A DNA stretch of 64,000 nucleotides from an uncultured virus (IMG/VR IMGVR_UViG_2049941000_000100) (lineage: Duplodnaviria; Heunggongvirae; Uroviricota; Caudoviricetes): the IMG/VR virus record IMGVR_UViG_2049941000_000100. One strand, written 5' to 3'. This document shows, in pieces, positions 24,246 to 34,799 of the stretch. Position numbers and translations under genes: made by a program. The notes under the pieces were generated by a model. It was not told where the DNA came from, made no database searches, and was given only the letters and a program-made list of their open reading frames with translations. Within the stretch, counting starts at the first letter, position 1; each line of letters starts with the position of its first letter.

Positions 24246-25716
24246 TGTACCTAAATCTACATAAGACCAAATTCTTGTTTGAGTATAAACTCCACTTCTA
24301 ATCTTATAAATGTCTGTTACTATATTCGGTTCATGCGGAAAGATAGAAGACGCATCTTTTAAAACTTCTAGCTCTTCTTTTGTCGGTCGCGCCATTACTG
24401 CACCAACATCCGCCTTATTAATTGTTGAACGACCACCTGCTAATGAGCTTTCATTACGAATATTCTGATTGTCGTCACCCTTCGCATTTAACTGTGTTGA
24501 TGTCATTACACATACATTTTGTTCTACTGCTAAATCTTTTAATGCAGTTGCGAACATTAGAAGAACTTCGTCATTTCTAAGCGCAAACCCTTTAAATTCA
24601 TTTAATAACGATGGACCAATAAATATATAATCATAAAACACATAACTAATATCATAAATCAAACAATTTTCTCTTATAATATTCTTTACTAATCCTATCG
24701 TTGGATTCGGCATACGAACAATATGGAATGATTCTTTATATCTTTCCATTATCTCGATAGACTTCTTAATTACTTCTCTTTCTAAATCCGAAAAATTCCC
24801 ATATTTAAATCTATCTTCGTTTATCCCACTAATATATGCCAAAATCATTTTCTGAATTTCGGGGAAATCCTGCTCGGTTGCAATAAATAATACGTTCTCA
24901 TTATACCCTATTTGTTCCCATTCATTTGTACTCCATTCGTACCTAAATGGGTATGCAAGATAACACGCATCGCCCACTGCTTGACGAGTTTTACCCGTGC
25001 CACTGCCCGCACTTCGAATATATAATGCTCCCTTGCGCGCGCCACTAACTACTGCGTTGTAGATTCTTCCTTGAAGTGGCATACCAATACCACTATAACC
25101 TTCTTTCATATTATCGAATAATTCTTCGATACCTTGCGCCGCACTTCTCGTCTCTGTTACATCATTCTGAAGATATATATTTTCTAAACCTAATAATCGT
25201 TTCTTAACTCCATCGACTATATCTTGGATAGTTAAATCTTCAAACTTACTATTAACATCATATAAGACCGACGCCAAGCTCTTGTGGANNNNNNNNNNNN
25301 NNNNNNNNNNNNNNNNNNNNNNNNNNNNNNNNNNNNNNNNNNNNNNNNNNNNNNNNNNNNNNNNNNNNNNNNNNNNNNNNNNNNNNNNNNNNNNNNNNNN
25401 NNNNNNNNNNNNNNNNNNNNNNNNNNNNNNNNNNNNNNNNNNNNNNNNNNNNNNNNNNNNNNNNNNNNNNNNNNNNNNNNNNNNNNNNNNNNNNNNNNNN
25501 NNNNNNNNNNNNNNNNNNNNNNNNNNNNNNNNNNNNNNNNNNNNNNNNNNGCGCTCCATTATTATATAAGTTATTTATTGCAGCAAATATAGTTTTTTCA
25601 AAAGTAGAACTAAAATCTTGGACAGTTAAATTATATTTTTCTGTTTCAGTTAATATACTTGGCTTCTTAATTAATCCACCCAATACTTGTTGAATACAAC
25701 TTTTATCAACTATCAA
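24246..25716 (-). CDS. DnaB-like replicative helicase, gapped
   Basis: Walker A AGSGTGKT, FIATEQ, VFYDYI, TSTQLN, KADVG, IYKIRSG. Confidence 0.9.
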
Positions 25717-25818
25717 GTCCTACCTCCATTATACTATTTAAATCTATTTCTTTCTTTCTCTTTTGAGTTTTAATAGGATTATATTTTATTGGCTCGTGGG
25801 GTTTTTTTNNNNNNNNNN

Positions 25819-26238
25819 AATATTATTTTCTTTTAATAAAGATTCTACAATATTCTCTCCATTTGAGGACCTTTTACATCCACAAGAACTTATATTATTT
25901 CCGGTTAACTATTTACTTTTAATAATAATTTCTTTACCACAGTCACATTTGCATAAATAAGCAACATGAGGACCAATATTATCTACTCTTTTTATAACAG
26001 TTAAATATCCAAATCTTTTCCCTGTTAAATCAATCCAATTATTTTTTCCAACTGTTTTTCCATAGCAACCGCAAGACTATGTGTGCCCACTTCGTAAATA
26101 CGTACCGGTAACTATAGTTTTATTACCACAATCACAAAGACATTTCCATCTAGCTTGTCCTCTAGAGTCACTCTCTACTCTTTTAATTACAACTAAATGG
26201 CCATATCTATTTCCAGTTTCATCTATAACTTTACTCAT
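25819..26238 (-). CDS. Zn-finger repeat (CxCDCG..SCGC) homing-type endonuclease, 3' end in gap
   Basis: ETGNRYGHLVV..WKCLCDCGN..LRSGHT[TAG]SCGC, repeated twice. Confidence 0.8.
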
Positions 26239-26249
26239 ATATAATTTCC

Positions 26250-26333
26250 TCCGAATGAAATTAAATAAAGGTGAGACTTGCTTTCGGACGCATTATCTCG
26301 AAAGTTAATTACTCTTTCGCTTCTCTCAACTTT
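26250..26333 (-). ncRNA. Candidate cis-regulatory RNA: three-way junction with SD-overlapping pseudoknot, copy A
   Basis: P1-GAAG-P2-AGAUAA-P3-AG-P1'. P3 loop UCCGAA pairs with UUCGGA at the RBS. Same architecture at 52216..52304. Confidence 0.65.
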
Positions 26334-26341
26334 CTATAATA

Positions 26342-26370
26342 ATTATATCACGATTTTAATAAAAATTCAA
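26342..26370 (-). promoter_or_regulatory. Sigma-A promoter directly upstream of RNA element A
   Basis: TTGAAT-N17-TATAAT with extended -10. Confidence 0.75.
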
Positions 26371-26385
26371 ATTTTNNNNNNNNNN

Positions 26386-26636
26386 CCTTTGCACGTCATT
26401 CCATTTTTAATAAAGTTCTGAATCTGCGCATGAATCTTATAATAGTCGTATGAAACTTTGAGATCGCGCGCTATATAATCAAATATCAACGGTTCATAAT
26501 CAGAGTCAGATTTAATTTCTTTACCTTCTTTAAACTTACCATAACACGTCTTATGAAAATACCAATTACGAGAAGGCATGACCCAATCGTCTTTAGATTT
26601 ATCTATTTCTTGTTTACATACTCTACAAATCGCCAT
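26386..26636 (-). CDS. Zn-finger hypothetical protein, truncated by gap
   Basis: MAICRVCK..YFHKTC; GGGAG RBS; promoter TTGACT-N17-TATAAT at 26666-26694. Confidence 0.7.
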
Positions 26637-26747
26637 AAAATTCTCCCTATTTTCTTCCTATATATATTATACCATAGAATCGAAAAAAAGTCAAATTTAA
26701 TAGACCAGTCTAGCCATAACTAAACTGGTCTATCTTTTGTATCTATA

Positions 26748-27713
26748 TTACATTTCTCTCATTTCGGATACTACCAATGCAAGCAAATCGGCCTAATCCT
26801 CTGTAAACTCACTAAGTTTCATACGACGAGACATAAGAATTTCTATCTTCTTCATAATCGTATTAGCGACATCTACATTAACGTTATCGCCTTCACCTAC
26901 TAGCTTAATCCAGAGGGCGCGAGCTTCATCTTGGAGAGCTTTAAAGTCTATTTTTTCATCTGTTGAACGAATCGACTTTTCGACTACTACTGCGCCATGC
27001 CGCTCTTCTTCTTCGATAGCTTCGGCAAGCGCCTTAACGAACTCATCATACCCAAACTTAATGCGCGGCGCTAGATACTTAAATCTACTGCCAGCCACAA
27101 CCGTAGGAGTCGCGCGAGTCTGAATCCATCTTTCTGATTCGCCCTTCTCATTCCAAGTCTGAGTAATTACACCAATAATATCAACCAATCCATTTACAAT
27201 CTTAAGACATCTGTTATTTAAATCGGGTTGCGCGCCGATAGTTTTACCATCTGCATCTTGAACCTCTCTTAAATGACAAGTCATAATAAGACCGTAACCC
27301 ATCATTGTAATCTGACGAAGTGAGCTTTCAAATTCCTTAGAAAGTGCGGAATATCCGCCACCATAAGGAATATCTCCTATTTTCTGTACACCGGCCTGCG
27401 CGCATACAAATTTTTCACAAGTATCATATGCAATACCAATAGTATCAATACAAATAGTTGCAAACTTTTGCTTCGCTTCGGCCTTATCGAGCTATCTTAA
27501 TACTAACTTAAAATCGCTCCACCGCTCAATAGTCTGCACCATAGCGCCCGGACGCGCATTAGTTCCTTTCTCAAAGGCAAGGATAAGCGCGTTAGGACAC
27601 AACGTACAAAACTCCGTCTTACCAATCTTGGGAGGACCACTAAGTAATACGTACTTTTCTCTTAAATCTTTCGAGATAGTACTAGGTTGGATAGATAATA
27701 TATCAATACCCAT
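26748..27713 (-). CDS. AAA_24/Sak4-like P-loop ATPase (TAG=Gln)
   Basis: GPPKIGKT, ICIDT, IPYGGGY, MTCH, AGSRF. Joins track ORFs 27492 and 26793. Confidence 0.85.
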
Positions 27714-27727
27714 AAGTTAAGACCTCC

Positions 27728-28678
27728 TTAGAAACCGAGGTCAAAACTTCCCTTCGATACTGTATTTGCAGGAGCGGGAGCCATGCGAGTCCGCATCGGC
27801 TTCTCTTCACTCTTCCGCTTAAGCTCCTCAAGACGAGCCTGGCGCTCGGCCAGAGCAGACTTAATCTCAGAAGCGGAGAAAGCAAATTCACCATCGAGCG
27901 GAGTAGGATTACCACCAGTAATCACCAAATCACGAACTGTAATCGTGCGACTGCGCTCGACCGCCTCACCAAAACCTTCCTCAATAACAGAGGTCTCAGT
28001 TGTGGAGCTAAAGTTCAGACGACCATGCGCCTTAACTGTATCTCCATCCTGCCAATATTCCTTCACAGAATTAATAACATTCTCATTCGCGCAAACGAAC
28101 TTAACCTTATCAATCTTTCCGCCGTACATCGGGATAAGACCAGTAACCTCATAACGAGGATTACCATTCGCATCTTCCATCGGGGTACCATCGGGATTAT
28201 CAACATAACCCTGGCTGGCAACAACCATTTCCACATCGAAACTAGCTTCTGGCTTCAGATTCTTCTTATCTACCTTAGTCGCAAAAGAAGTTGTAATGCG
28301 GGGGAAAGAAACGAACTGCTTAGCCTGATTGAAGTACTCATTCATCATAAGGCGACCCTTAATACGAATACCATCGGCGCCTTCCTGACCACCGGCCGCG
28401 GCGATAGATACCATTTCATCCTTAATTCTCATAATTGACTCATAAGAAGGATTCAACGCGCCCGCCTTTGTGTACTTCGGACTAAACATTTCGATAGGAA
28501 TCTCACTCTCCACGGGGACTCCATTAATTACCTGGTTAACGAGGACATTTACACGACCACGAACGGTTTCGATTGTTTTACCGTCCTTTACATAAGAACC
28601 ATTCTCCAAATTAATTTCTGAAATAATTCCTTCAATCTTTACGTTATTTTCTGCTTCTCTCATTCTAATTTTCTCCAT
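27728..28678 (-). CDS. Putative single-stranded DNA-binding protein (double OB fold)
   Basis: ENNVKIEGIISE, GDTVKAHGRLNF, C-terminal FDLGF; position in the replication block; higher-GC codon usage. Confidence 0.6.
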   Translation of the reverse strand: MEKIRMREAENNVKIEGIISEINLENGSYVKDGKTIETVRGRVNVLVNQVINGVPVESEIPIEMFSPKYTKAGALNPSYESIMRIKDEMVSIAAAGGQEGADGIRIKGRLMMNEYFNQAKQFVSFPRITTSFATKVDKKNLKPEASFDVEMVVASQGYVDNPDGTPMEDANGNPRYEVTGLIPMYGGKIDKVKFVCANENVINSVKEYWQDGDTVKAHGRLNFSSTTETSVIEEGFGEAVERSRTITVRDLVITGGNPTPLDGEFAFSASEIKSALAERQARLEELKRKSEEKPMRTRMAPAPANTVSKGSFDLGF

Positions 28679-28781
28679 TTTTTATTATTCTTTATTGGTT
28701 CTCTAATATAAATATAGAATAGGCGTACCTATCCCATATTATTTATTAAATTCTTAACTGCTAATTACTAATTACTTACTA

Positions 28782-29045
28782 TTACTCTTCGTCATCGCTG
28801 GGGACAAAAGTCTTGCCGGCTTCAGTCAGGAAGATGTACTTGGCGGGCTTATCAGAACCTTCTACGGGGACCTTCTCATAATCCAAGAGACCCTTCGCGC
28901 GCTCACCCTTCACACCAAGACCGGTAACAACGGGATTGAGATGCTTCGCATCGCTATTCAGCGCAGCGCAGAGCTCCTCCATACTTACGCGTCCACCATT
29001 ATCACGGATATAGGAAAATACCAAATTCTGCTTCTCCGTAAGTTT
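28782..29045 (-). CDS. Small winged-helix-like protein, 5' end in gap
   Basis: VFSYIRDNGGRVSMEELCAAL..GLLDYEK..YIFLTEAG. Confidence 0.65.
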   Translation of the reverse strand, partial: KLTEKQNLVFSYIRDNGGRVSMEELCAALNSDAKHLNPVVTGLGVKGERAKGLLDYEKVPVEGSDKPAKYIFLTEAGKTFVPSDDEE

Positions 29046-30014
29046 NNNNNNNNNNNNNNNNNNNNNNNNNNNNNNNNNNNNNNNNNNNNNNNNNNNNNNN
29101 NNNNNNNNNNNNNNNNNNNNNNNNNNNNNNNNNNNNNNNNNNNNNNNNNNNNNNNNNNNNNNNNNNNNNNNNNNNNNNNNNNNNNNNNNNNNNNNNNNNN
29201 NNNNNNNNNNNNNNNNNNNNNNNNNNNNNNNNNNNNNNNNNNNNNNNNNNNNNNNNNNNNNNNNNNNNNNNNNNNNNNNNNNNNNNNNNNNNNNNNNNNN
29301 NNNNNNNNNNNNNNNNNNNNNNNNNNNNNNNNNNNNNNNNNNNNNNNNNNNNNNNNNNNNNNNNNNNNNNNNNNNNNNNNNNNNNNNNNNNNNNNNNNNN
29401 NNNNNNNNNNNNNNNNNNNNNNNNNNNNNNNNNNNNNNNNNNNNNNNNNNNNNNNNNNNNNNNNNNNNNNNNNNNNNNNNNNNNNNNNNNNNNNNNNNNN
29501 NNNNNNNNNNNNNNNNNNNNNNNNNNNNNNNNNNNNNNNNNNNNNNNNNNNNNNNNNNNNNNNNNNNNNNNNNNNNNNNNNNNNNNNNNNNNNNNNNNNN
29601 NNNNNNNNNNNNNNNNNNNNNNNNNNNNNNNNNNNNNNNNNNNNNNNNNNNNNNNNNNNNNNNNNNNNNNNNNNNNNNNNNNNNNNNNNNNNNNNNNNNN
29701 NNNNNNNNNNNNNNNNNNNNNNNNNNNNNNNNNNNNNNNNNNNNNNNNNNNNNNNNNNNNNNNNNNNNNNNNNNNNNNNNNNNNNNNNNNNNNNNNNNNN
29801 NNNNNNNNNNNNNNNNNNNNNNNNNNNNNNNNNNNNNNNNNNNNNNNNNNNNNNNNNNNNNNNNNNNNNNNNNNNNNNNNNNNNNNNNNNNNNNNNNNNN
29901 NNNNNNNNNNNNNNNNNNNNNNNNNNNNNNNNNNNNNNNNNNNNNNNNNNNNNNNNNNNNNNNNNNNNNNNNNNNNNNNNNNNNNNNNNNNNNNNNNNNN
30001 NNNNNNNNNNNNNN

Positions 30015-32375
30015 TTAAATTTTCTCTAACCCTACCACATACTCATTTGCATTAAGTTTTATCGTTTTAACGCCCTGCGCGCTTCGAGATAGAGTAGGAA
30101 CCTCAGTTAGTGCAAATCGAATTTGGGATACATTAGAGGTAACGATTAAATCGGTCTCATTAGTAATTCCCTCAAACGCTACTACTTCGTCTCCTTCAAC
30201 TGTACCTTGGAGTTTACTTCCTTTAGTATTACGATTAGTATATGAGAACTCAGAGATAGGAGTTTGCTTTGCCAAGCCCTTCTTCGTTACAGATATAATC
30301 GTCTTTGTCTCATTACTTAGAGGGCGCGCGCCTTGTACGTATGCACCAGCATTTAATTTCATACATTTAATACCTTTTGCAATACGTCCAACTGCCGCCA
30401 CATCATTTGTCTTAACCATAATAAAGTTTCCATCGGAAGAAAGAATACCACAATCAGTATCGTCATTACCGAAGAAAACCGATACAATACTATCGTTATC
30501 CTCTAAATTAATCGCTCGCGCGCTATTACCACGTTTAAGGTAGTACTCGGATAAAAGCGATTTCTTTAAGAGTCCATTTCTAGTAACAAAATAAATATTT
30601 TTATTTGTATTTTTTGCGTAGATAGCGGCGTTACAAATATTTTCATTATTTATCGTAGTCACATATTGGGAAATATAAGTTTTCTCGTTAATCGGGAGGT
30701 CACTAAGTTTTACTTGGAAGAAGTTCCCACGATTAGAGAAGAATAGTGCAACGTCGGTTGTATCTCCGATTTCTGTCCCAACTACATATTCTCCTTTTTC
30801 TAGCTTAAGTTTTGTACCTACTCCGCCACGTCTTTGAGAGTATAGAGTTGAACTTTCGGTTACGAAAATTCCGCCTTTATTTGTAAAACTAAGAATAAGA
30901 TTTCTAACTTCTGTAGGTTCTTCTTCGCTTTCGGTTGAGATATTTAGAATTTTAGTGCGGCGCGCATCACCGAATTTAGCCGCTACATCTTTCCATCCTT
31001 TAATAAGTTCATTATTAAATAGAATTTCGTCGCCTAAAATTTGTTCGAGCGCACTAATTTTTTCAAGTAAGTCATTTTTTTCGCCGTACAGCTTAGTTAC
31101 CTCCAGATGGGCTAATCGGCTCAATCGGAGTTCGAGTACTGCTTTCGCTTGGTCAGCATCAAGAAGAAATTCCTTTTGAAGTCGCGCACTAGCTTCTGCG
31201 GTAGAACTCGACGTCTTAACTACTTCGACTACTTCTTCAATACGAGCAATACAAACTAGAAGTCCATCGATAATATGGACGCGGAACTTCATCTTATTCA
31301 GATCATGTTCAAAACCACGACGATATACAACCTTCTCGTGGTCAATGTGCGCTTGAAGTGCCTCGCGCCATGTAAACACTTTAGGATATTTACCACCATC
31401 AAGCATAGTAAGGTTAATACCATAGTAATACTGGAGCGAAGTATTTTTATATAAATACTTTAATACCTTATCTGGATTTGCTTTCTTTGTAAGATAAATC
31501 TTAATCAACGGTGTCGCGCCAGTTAAGTCATTAAAGCGTTCAATTCCAGGGTTGTCTTCTGATTCTATGAGTTCTTCAAGCTGTTTACAAATAGTATTTG
31601 TATAAACAGAATAAGGAATTTCTTTTACTACAAAGCATCTTTCAGCCGCATCAAATTCAACAACACTTCTCAACTTACAAGCTGGTCCATTACCAACACG
31701 CAGGCTTTCCTTTACTTCATCTGCATTAAGCAAAATTGCACCAGTGGCAAAGTCGGGCGCGCAGTAAATATCATCAAAATCGCAGTCCGGATTTTGAATA
31801 AGATTAATAAGTGCATTATTAAGTTCTTTTAGATTAAACTGCGGGATAGAACTTGCAAGACCTACTGCGATACCGCTTGTACCATTGCAAAGATTATAGA
31901 ATCCTTTTGATGGAAGAACTGCGGGGTATTGTTTAGTATTATCATAGCTATCGCGCCACTCTGTAATAGTATCTTTATCAATATCTGTAAAAAGAATATT
32001 AGAAAGTGCGGACAGACGACTTTCTGTATAACGCATAGCAGCCCAGTTACCACTTTCAATAAGAGAGCCAGAGTTACCCTTTACATCTACGAGTGGATAG
32101 CGCATAGCGAATCTTTGTCCGGCGCGCATAATAATTCCTTCACAGCTTGAATCGCCATGAATATAGAAATCTGCCATAGCCATACCAACAGCATTGGCGG
32201 TTTTCTTATAAGGATTATTATGGGTAAGTTTATGAAGAAGCATTGAATAAAATATTTGGCGCGCAGAAGGCTTGAGTCCATCGCGCGCGTCAACAAGTGC
32301 GCGAGACTGAATTACCATGCCCGCGTATTGTGCAAAAGATTCTTTTATTATATTATTTAATTCACTCATTTTCAT
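30015..32375 (-). CDS. gyrA: DNA gyrase subunit A
   Basis: DARDGLKPSAR, HGDSS, AAMRYTE (catalytic Tyr), PDFATG, GyrA-box QRRGGVG, C-terminal beta-pinwheel repeats. Confidence 0.95.
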   Translation of the reverse strand: MKMSELNNIIKESFAQYAGMVIQSRALVDARDGLKPSARQIFYSMLLHKLTHNNPYKKTANAVGMAMADFYIHGDSSCEGIIMRAGQRFAMRYPLVDVKGNSGSLIESGNWAAMRYTESRLSALSNILFTDIDKDTITEWRDSYDNTKQYPAVLPSKGFYNLCNGTSGIAVGLASSIPQFNLKELNNALINLIQNPDCDFDDIYCAPDFATGAILLNADEVKESLRVGNGPACKLRSVVEFDAAERCFVVKEIPYSVYTNTICKQLEELIESEDNPGIERFNDLTGATPLIKIYLTKKANPDKVLKYLYKNTSLQYYYGINLTMLDGGKYPKVFTWREALQAHIDHEKVVYRRGFEHDLNKMKFRVHIIDGLLVCIARIEEVVEVVKTSSSTAEASARLQKEFLLDADQAKAVLELRLSRLAHLEVTKLYGEKNDLLEKISALEQILGDEILFNNELIKGWKDVAAKFGDARRTKILNISTESEEEPTEVRNLILSFTNKGGIFVTESSTLYSQRRGGVGTKLKLEKGEYVVGTEIGDTTDVALFFSNRGNFFQVKLSDLPINEKTYISQYVTTINNENICNAAIYAKNTNKNIYFVTRNGLLKKSLLSEYYLKRGNSARAINLEDNDSIVSVFFGNDDTDCGILSSDGNFIMVKTNDVAAVGRIAKGIKCMKLNAGAYVQGARPLSNETKTIISVTKKGLAKQTPISEFSYTNRNTKGSKLQGTVEGDEVVAFEGITNETDLIVTSNVSQIRFALTEVPTLSRSAQGVKTIKLNANEYVVGLEKI

Positions 32376-32562
32376 ACCTTACCATAATTAATCCGTAAGA
32401 TGGTGGAAGTAGGCCAATTTCATATATTTCTTCAGTAGTTAAAATTTTTAAAAAAGAATAACTATATAATTTTTCTTTTAAAAAGGTCCAAATATCTACT
32501 GTAAAAATATCACCTTTCTTAAATTTATAAGTTAAACTTTCTTTATTATTTAATTCACTCAT
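32362..32562 (-). CDS. Hypothetical protein
   Basis: ORF overlaps its neighbours in operon fashion. Confidence 0.55.
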   Translation of the reverse strand: MSELNNKESLTYKFKKGDIFTVDIWTFLKEKLYSYSFLKILTTEEIYEIGLLPPSYGLIMVRYENE

Positions 32563-33002
32563 TCTTCTTCGTCCTCTTCGTCATCATTCCATTCCCACTC
32601 ATCCTCTTCTACATAATATACGCCTACTGCTTCTTCATCATATTCTTTAAAAGGCATACCGTATTTACATTCCCAAGGAGTTCCAGGGTATACAAAATCA
32701 TTATATTTTTTTGTATATGTAGTTACTGTATTCTCACCTTTATAATGAGTAATAATATCATAATTATATTCTTCGTCAGTTAAAAGTTCTGGTAAATTCT
32801 CTTCTACCCATTTCTTTGGTGCAGCGATACACCAATTAACAGACATATCAATATTACCAGTTACTACAACAAGTTTATTTTCTTTAACCCAATTTTCATT
32901 ACTAAATTTATGAGAATTTATTAATTCTTCATATTTATCTCCAATAGGATAATCTCTACCGCTGAACCAATTATTAAAAGAAAAATAAATTATATTATCC
33001 AT
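32559..33002 (-). CDS. Hypothetical protein with acidic C-terminus
   Basis: GAGG RBS, 147-codon open frame. Confidence 0.75.
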   Translation of the reverse strand: MDNIIYFSFNNWFSGRDYPIGDKYEELINSHKFSNENWVKENKLVVVTGNIDMSVNWCIAAPKKWVEENLPELLTDEEYNYDIITHYKGENTVTTYTKKYNDFVYPGTPWECKYGMPFKEYDEEAVGVYYVEEDEWEWNDDEEDEEE

Positions 33003-33177
33003 TTTTTGGTTTCCTCACTTTTACACCTTCATAAAATCCTTTTAAATAATCATAATCTAATTCAAATTGATTTTGTTCACAAAATATACCATCATAAAAA
33101 CCCCTTAAAAAACTATAAGTTGGTTCTATCAGTCTAAGTGGTTGTTGATTAATTTTATTTAAAAGTTCTCTTGTTTC

Positions 33178-33363
33178 TTACCCAGTTTTTTCCTATAATT
33201 GCTTAATTGCATTTACAGCATCTTTGCCGAGCTGTTGAACATCACATCTATATTTATCTTCATAAGGTGTATTTATACAATACGGGCAATCTTTTTTATC
33301 ACAATAATGATATATTATATTATGACCTTTGCAGAGTAATTTATCAATCAAATATTCATTCAT
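33178..33363 (-). CDS. Small Cys-rich protein
   Basis: ATG overlaps the gyrB TGA; C..CDKKDCPYC..C; one TAG. Confidence 0.55.
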
Positions 33364-33852
33364 TCTGTAATCTCCGAAAAATCAATATTANNNNNNNNNN
33401 NNNNNNNNNNNNNNNNNNNNNNNNNNNNNNNNNNNNNNNNNNNNNNNNNNNNNNNNNNNNNNNNNNNNNNNNNNNNNNNNNNNNNNNNNNNNNNNNNNNN
33501 NNNNNNNNNNNNNNNNTTTTCTTGGTTTTACATCTTCGCCCATCAAATCATAAAGAATACCAAGCGCGTCATCGCTATATTCCATAGCTTCCATACGCTG
33601 GTACTGTTCAGTAAACATAGATGCTCGTGCGGTTTCAGCCGGCAATTCACCGAGACCTTTCGCGCGCGTTACTTCACCTTTAATCTTACCGCGCACAGCG
33701 TTAAACTCCGCGTCATCAAAATAGTAACTTTCTTGCTTACCATTATTAACAATATAAAGTGGTGAGCGCAACCAGCACAGACGACCTTCTTTAATAAACT
33801 GCGGCGCAAGATAAGTCAGTGCAGCCATAATTAGAAGTCCAATATGGTATCC
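33360..33852 (-). CDS. gyrB: Gyrase subunit B, exon 2
   Basis: GYHIGLLIM..SPLY..RAKGLGEL..LMGEDVKPRK. Confidence 0.9.
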
Positions 33853-34799
33853 CAACGTAATCCAATGTTTCCATTGGCGCAGACTATATGTTACTCACTT
33901 GTGTGAGAATACTCTTTCCACCTACGTACCAATAGTAAGTGTACTCTCCTTCCGGGAGATAGTCGTTACAGGCTTCATTTATTAACCCAAATGCCTTGTT
34001 TTTTCTTATATATTGGAAGGTCTTTATAGGTGCGGCCCCACAATATTTGTTGTAATGTTTGATAATTACATCTATCTTTATAATCATTATAGATACTGCG
34101 CGCATCTTCGTTTACATATCGTTCGCGCATTTTAATTACTTCTTCTGAAGTAAATTTTGCTATTTCAGATTTACTGCCATCAGTTGCATGGAACTTATAA
34201 TAGTTTAGATTTTCTTCGGTATAAACTTCTGGTTTGATTTCTTTCCAAGTTGTTCCGTCCCAAATACTTGCGAAAGTATCAAAACTAACTTTATCTTCAA
34301 ATTGCTTATAAACTTCTTTTCGACGCATATGCTCATCATAGCATTCTCTTATATAAGCAACATCTTGATTTGTTAATTTAGTTCTACCGTTATTTTCTCC
34401 TCTATTATTGCCGCCACCAGCGCTACAATTATAACCAATTCCTTTAAATGTATTATAATATGCTATCCAATAAATTTCTTTCTCATCGAGTTCTTCTAAT
34501 TTACATTCTTCGATGATTTCAAATTTAAAGGCATCTGCGCCGTATTTCTAAATAGCAATTTCTATTGGTATATCTTTTTTAGTTTTATGTTCTTGGAAAC
34601 GTCTTTCTATATTGTTACTTTGTCCAATATAAGACTTTCCATTACTGATTTTTGTTATTTTATAAATGCCTATCATTGCGGCACCTCCACAATTTAGTAG
34701 GCTTGGGTTAATTCTGATNNNNNNNNNNGTGTAAACCATCACTACAAATTTTTGAGACCCCGTTGGTTAACGGAAAAGTATTTACAGACAGTTTTATTT
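33853..34799 (-). mobile_element. Group I intron in gyrB
   Basis: Splits DADSD|GYHI. 5' exon ends in U and CAGAU pairs with intron GUCUG (P1, U.G wobble). P7 ACGACUA/UAGUC. Terminal G at 33853. Confidence 0.9.
33975..34676 (-). CDS. Intron-encoded GIY-YIG homing endonuclease (one in-frame TAG)
   Basis: MIGIYKITKISNGKSYIGQS..AI[TAG]KYG..EIYWI..GYN; GGAGG RBS. Confidence 0.9.

Noticed and set aside
21706..25288. 20-30 bp sequences identical to distant genes (21706-25 matches nrdD 14706-25; 25261-88 matches dnaE 20262-89)
   Set aside because: Both sit at contig ends next to N gaps and look like chimeric assembly tips, not biological repeats or spacers.
23376..25559. Apparent helicase-primase fusion (727-aa ORF)
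   Set aside because: The two halves are joined only across an N gap at 24236-45, with the helicase C-terminus and primase N-terminus missing. Not evidence of a fusion.
28941..30029. Long ORFs made mostly of X (also 43177..43830, 25282..25592, 57797..58385)
   Set aside because: Artefacts of translating N runs.
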